Positions 29,525 through 32,000 of a stretch of 32,000 bases of DNA are shown here, in pieces (position 1 is the first letter of the stretch; each line of letters starts with the position of its first letter). The stretch is taken from the NCBI RefSeq assembly GCF_001457615.1, contig NZ_LN831024.1:2100001-2132000 (forward strand), read 5' to 3'. Origin of the DNA: Pseudomonas aeruginosa (GTDB lineage: Bacteria > Pseudomonadota > Gammaproteobacteria > Pseudomonadales > Pseudomonadaceae). A model generated the notes under the pieces. The model was given only the letters and a program-made list of their open reading frames with translations, was not told the origin of the DNA and did no database searches. A program made the translations under genes and the position numbers.

Positions 29525-30195
29525 TGGCTGCTCAACCCACGATCCGCGAAGTCCTGTTCAATCCGGTCTTCCAGAACAATCCGATCGGCCTGCAGATCCT
29601 CGGGATCTGCTCGGCGCTGGCGGTAACCTCGAACCTGAAGACCGCTACCGTCATGGCCATCGCCCTGACCCTGGTGACCGGCTTCTCCAACCTGTTCATC
29701 TCGATGATCCGCCGGCAGATTCCCAGCTCGATCCGGATGATCGTGCAGATGGTGATCATCGCCTCGCTGGTGATCGTCGTCGACCAGGTGCTCAAGGCCT
29801 ATGCCTATAGCCTGAGCAAGCAGCTCTCGGTGTTCGTCGGGCTGATCATCACCAACTGCATCGTGATGGGCCGCGCCGAAGCCTTCGCCATGGCCAACCC
29901 GCCGCTCGTGTCGTTCTTCGACGGCATCGGCAACGGTCTCGGCTACAGCGCCATGCTGCTGGTGCTGGGCTTCGTCCGCGAGCTGTTCGGCGCCGGCAAG
30001 CTCTACGGCATCAGCGTGTTGCCGACGGTCAACGATGGCGGCTGGTACCAGCCGAACGGCCTGCTCCTGCTGCCGCCTTCGGCGTTCTTCCTGATCGGCC
30101 TGATCATCTGGGCCCTGCGGACCTGGAAGAAAGACCAGGTCGAGGCCCCGACCTACAAGATGGCCCCGCAGGTATCCAGCAAGGAGGCTTACTGA
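29524..30195 (+). CDS. nqrD: NQR subunit D
   Basis: [41 protein letters not shown]..., hydrophobic; TGATG overlap with nqrC. Confidence 0.96.
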   Translation: MAAQPTIREVLFNPVFQNNPIGLQILGICSALAVTSNLKTATVMAIALTLVTGFSNLFISMIRRQIPSSIRMIVQMVIIASLVIVVDQVLKAYAYSLSKQLSVFVGLIITNCIVMGRAEAFAMANPPLVSFFDGIGNGLGYSAMLLVLGFVRELFGAGKLYGISVLPTVNDGGWYQPNGLLLLPPSAFFLIGLIIWALRTWKKDQVEAPTYKMAPQVSSKEAY

Positions 30196-30803
30196 TGGAG
30201 CACTACATCAGCCTGTTCGTGAAGGCCGTGTTCGTCGAGAACATGGCGCTGGCGTTCTTCCTCGGCATGTGTACCTTCATCGCCATCTCGAAGAAGGTGG
30301 AGACCGCCATCGGCCTGGGTATCGCGGTGATCGTGGTGCAGACCATCACCGTGCCGGCCAACAACCTGATCTACACCTACCTGCTCAAGGACGGCGCGCT
30401 GGCCTGGGCCGGGCTGCCCGAGGTGGACCTGAGTTTCCTCGGCCTGCTCAGCTACATCGGGGTGATCGCCGCCATCGTGCAGATCCTCGAGATGCTCCTC
30501 GACAAGTACGTACCCAGCCTCTACAACGCGCTGGGCGTGTTCCTGCCGCTGATCACGGTGAACTGCGCGATCATGGCCGGCTCGCTGTTCATGGTCGAGC
30601 GCGACTACAACCTTGCCGAGAGCACGGTGTACGGCGTCGGCTCGGGCTTTTCCTGGGCGCTGGCGATCGCCGCGCTGGCGGGTATCCGCGAGAAGCTCAA
30701 GTACAGCGACGTCCCCGAGGGCCTGCAGGGCCTGGGGATCACCTTCATCACCATCGGCCTGATGTCGTTGGGCTTCATGTCGTTCTCCGGCGTGCAGTTG
30801 TAA
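30195..30803 (+). CDS. nqrE: NQR subunit E
   Basis: 202 aa [42 protein letters not shown]...; TGATG overlap with nqrD. Confidence 0.97.
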   Translation: MEHYISLFVKAVFVENMALAFFLGMCTFIAISKKVETAIGLGIAVIVVQTITVPANNLIYTYLLKDGALAWAGLPEVDLSFLGLLSYIGVIAAIVQILEMLLDKYVPSLYNALGVFLPLITVNCAIMAGSLFMVERDYNLAESTVYGVGSGFSWALAIAALAGIREKLKYSDVPEGLQGLGITFITIGLMSLGFMSFSGVQL

Positions 30804-30813
30804 GGAGAGGCCC

Positions 30814-32000
30814 GTGATCGGATTCGAGATTTTCCTGGCCATCGGCATGTTCACCGCCATCGTCCTGGGCCTGGTGGCGATCATCCTGGTCGCCCGCGCC
30901 AAGCTGGTGTCGAGTGGAGACGTGACCATCCAGATCAATGGCGAGCACAGCCTGACCGTGCCGGCCGGCGGCAAGCTGCTGCAAACCCTGGCGGCGAACA
31001 ACGTGTTCCTGTCTTCCGCCTGCGGCGGCGGCGGCACCTGCGCGCAGTGCAAATGCGTGGTGGTCGAGGGCGGCGGCGAGATGCTGCCGACCGAGGAGTC
31101 GCACTTCACCCGGCGCCAGGCGAAGGAAGGCTGGCGCCTGTCGTGCCAGACGCCGGTCAAGCAGGATATGCAGATCCGCGTGCCTGAAGAGGTCTTCGGG
31201 GTGAAGAAATGGGAGTGCACGGTGGAGTCCAACCCCAACGTCGCCACCTTCATCAAGGAACTCACCCTGCGACTGCCGGACGGCGAGAGCGTGGACTTTC
31301 GTGCCGGCGGCTACGTGCAGCTGGAATGCCCGCCGCACGTGGTCGAGTACAAGGACTTCGATATCCAGCCGGAATATCGCGGCGACTGGGACAAGTTCAA
31401 CATGTGGCGCTACGTGTCGAAGGTCGACGAGACGGTGATCCGCGCCTACTCGATGGCCAACTACCCGGAAGAGAAGGGCGTGGTCAAGTTCAACATCCGC
31501 ATCGCCTCGCCGCCGCCGGGCAGCGACCTGCCGCCGGGGCAGATGTCGTCCTGGGTGTTCAACCTCAAGCCGGGCGACAAGGTCACCGTGTACGGGCCGT
31601 TCGGCGAGTTCTTCGCCAAGGACACCGAGGCCGAGATGGTCTTCATCGGCGGCGGCGCCGGCATGGCGCCGATGCGTTCGCACATCTTCGACCAGTTGCG
31701 CCGGCTCAAGTCGAACCGCAAGATCAGCTTCTGGTACGGCGCGCGCTCGCTGCGCGAGGCCTTCTATACCGAGGAGTACGACCAGCTGCAGGCGGAGAAT
31801 CCCAACTTCCAGTGGCACCTGGCGCTGTCCGACCCGCAGCCGGAGGACAACTGGACCGGCCTGACCGGTTTCATCCACAACGTGCTGTTCGAGAACTACC
31901 TGAAGGACCACCCGGCGCCCGAGGACTGCGAGTTCTACATGTGCGGCCCGCCGATGATGAATGCCGCGGTGATCAAGATGCTCACCGACCTGGGCGTGGA
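30814..32000 (+). CDS. nqrF: NQR subunit F, truncated by window edge
   Basis: GTG start with GGAG upstream ([20 protein letters not shown]...); 2Fe-2S motif [17 protein letters not shown] motif [21 protein letters not shown]. Confidence 0.96.
   Translation, partial: MIGFEIFLAIGMFTAIVLGLVAIILVARAKLVSSGDVTIQINGEHSLTVPAGGKLLQTLAANNVFLSSACGGGGTCAQCKCVVVEGGGEMLPTEESHFTRRQAKEGWRLSCQTPVKQDMQIRVPEEVFGVKKWECTVESNPNVATFIKELTLRLPDGESVDFRAGGYVQLECPPHVVEYKDFDIQPEYRGDWDKFNMWRYVSKVDETVIRAYSMANYPEEKGVVKFNIRIASPPPGSDLPPGQMSSWVFNLKPGDKVTVYGPFGEFFAKDTEAEMVFIGGGAGMAPMRSHIFDQLRRLKSNRKISFWYGARSLREAFYTEEYDQLQAENPNFQWHLALSDPQPEDNWTGLTGFIHNVLFENYLKDHPAPEDCEFYMCGPPMMNAAVIKMLTDLGV

Noticed and set aside
29442-31911. 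Reverse-strand ORFs of 358 and 378 aa across nqrD-nqrF
   Set aside because: They overlap confidently assigned nqr genes and have no domain content.

Overview
The window looks like ordinary, gene-dense core chromosome of a high-GC Pseudomonas, most consistent with P. aeruginosa by gene content and order; this is recognition from memory, not a database search. In order it holds: slt (partial, -), a Uup/ABC-F ATPase (+), a conserved hypothetical (+), a universal stress protein (-), two small uncharacterised proteins, fadB-fadA (fatty-acid beta-oxidation), a DUF1653-like protein, topA, two small conserved hypotheticals, sulA and lexA (-), psrA (+), nagZ, an MTA/MTI phosphorylase, a CsiV-like protein (-), mfd (-), a long-form GAPDH, an AroP-like amino acid permease, and nqrABCDE plus partial nqrF. 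I found no CRISPR array, tRNA/rRNA, prophage, transposase, or defence or secretion system, and nothing that supports a previously undescribed system. The best second-look signals are regulatory: a 27-bp tandem PsrA-type operator at psrA with a degenerate copy of identical geometry upstream of fadB, a LexA box overlapping a strong -10 upstream of lexA, near-identical terminator sequences flanking the aroP-like gene, and start-codon ambiguities for mfd and the GAPDH gene.
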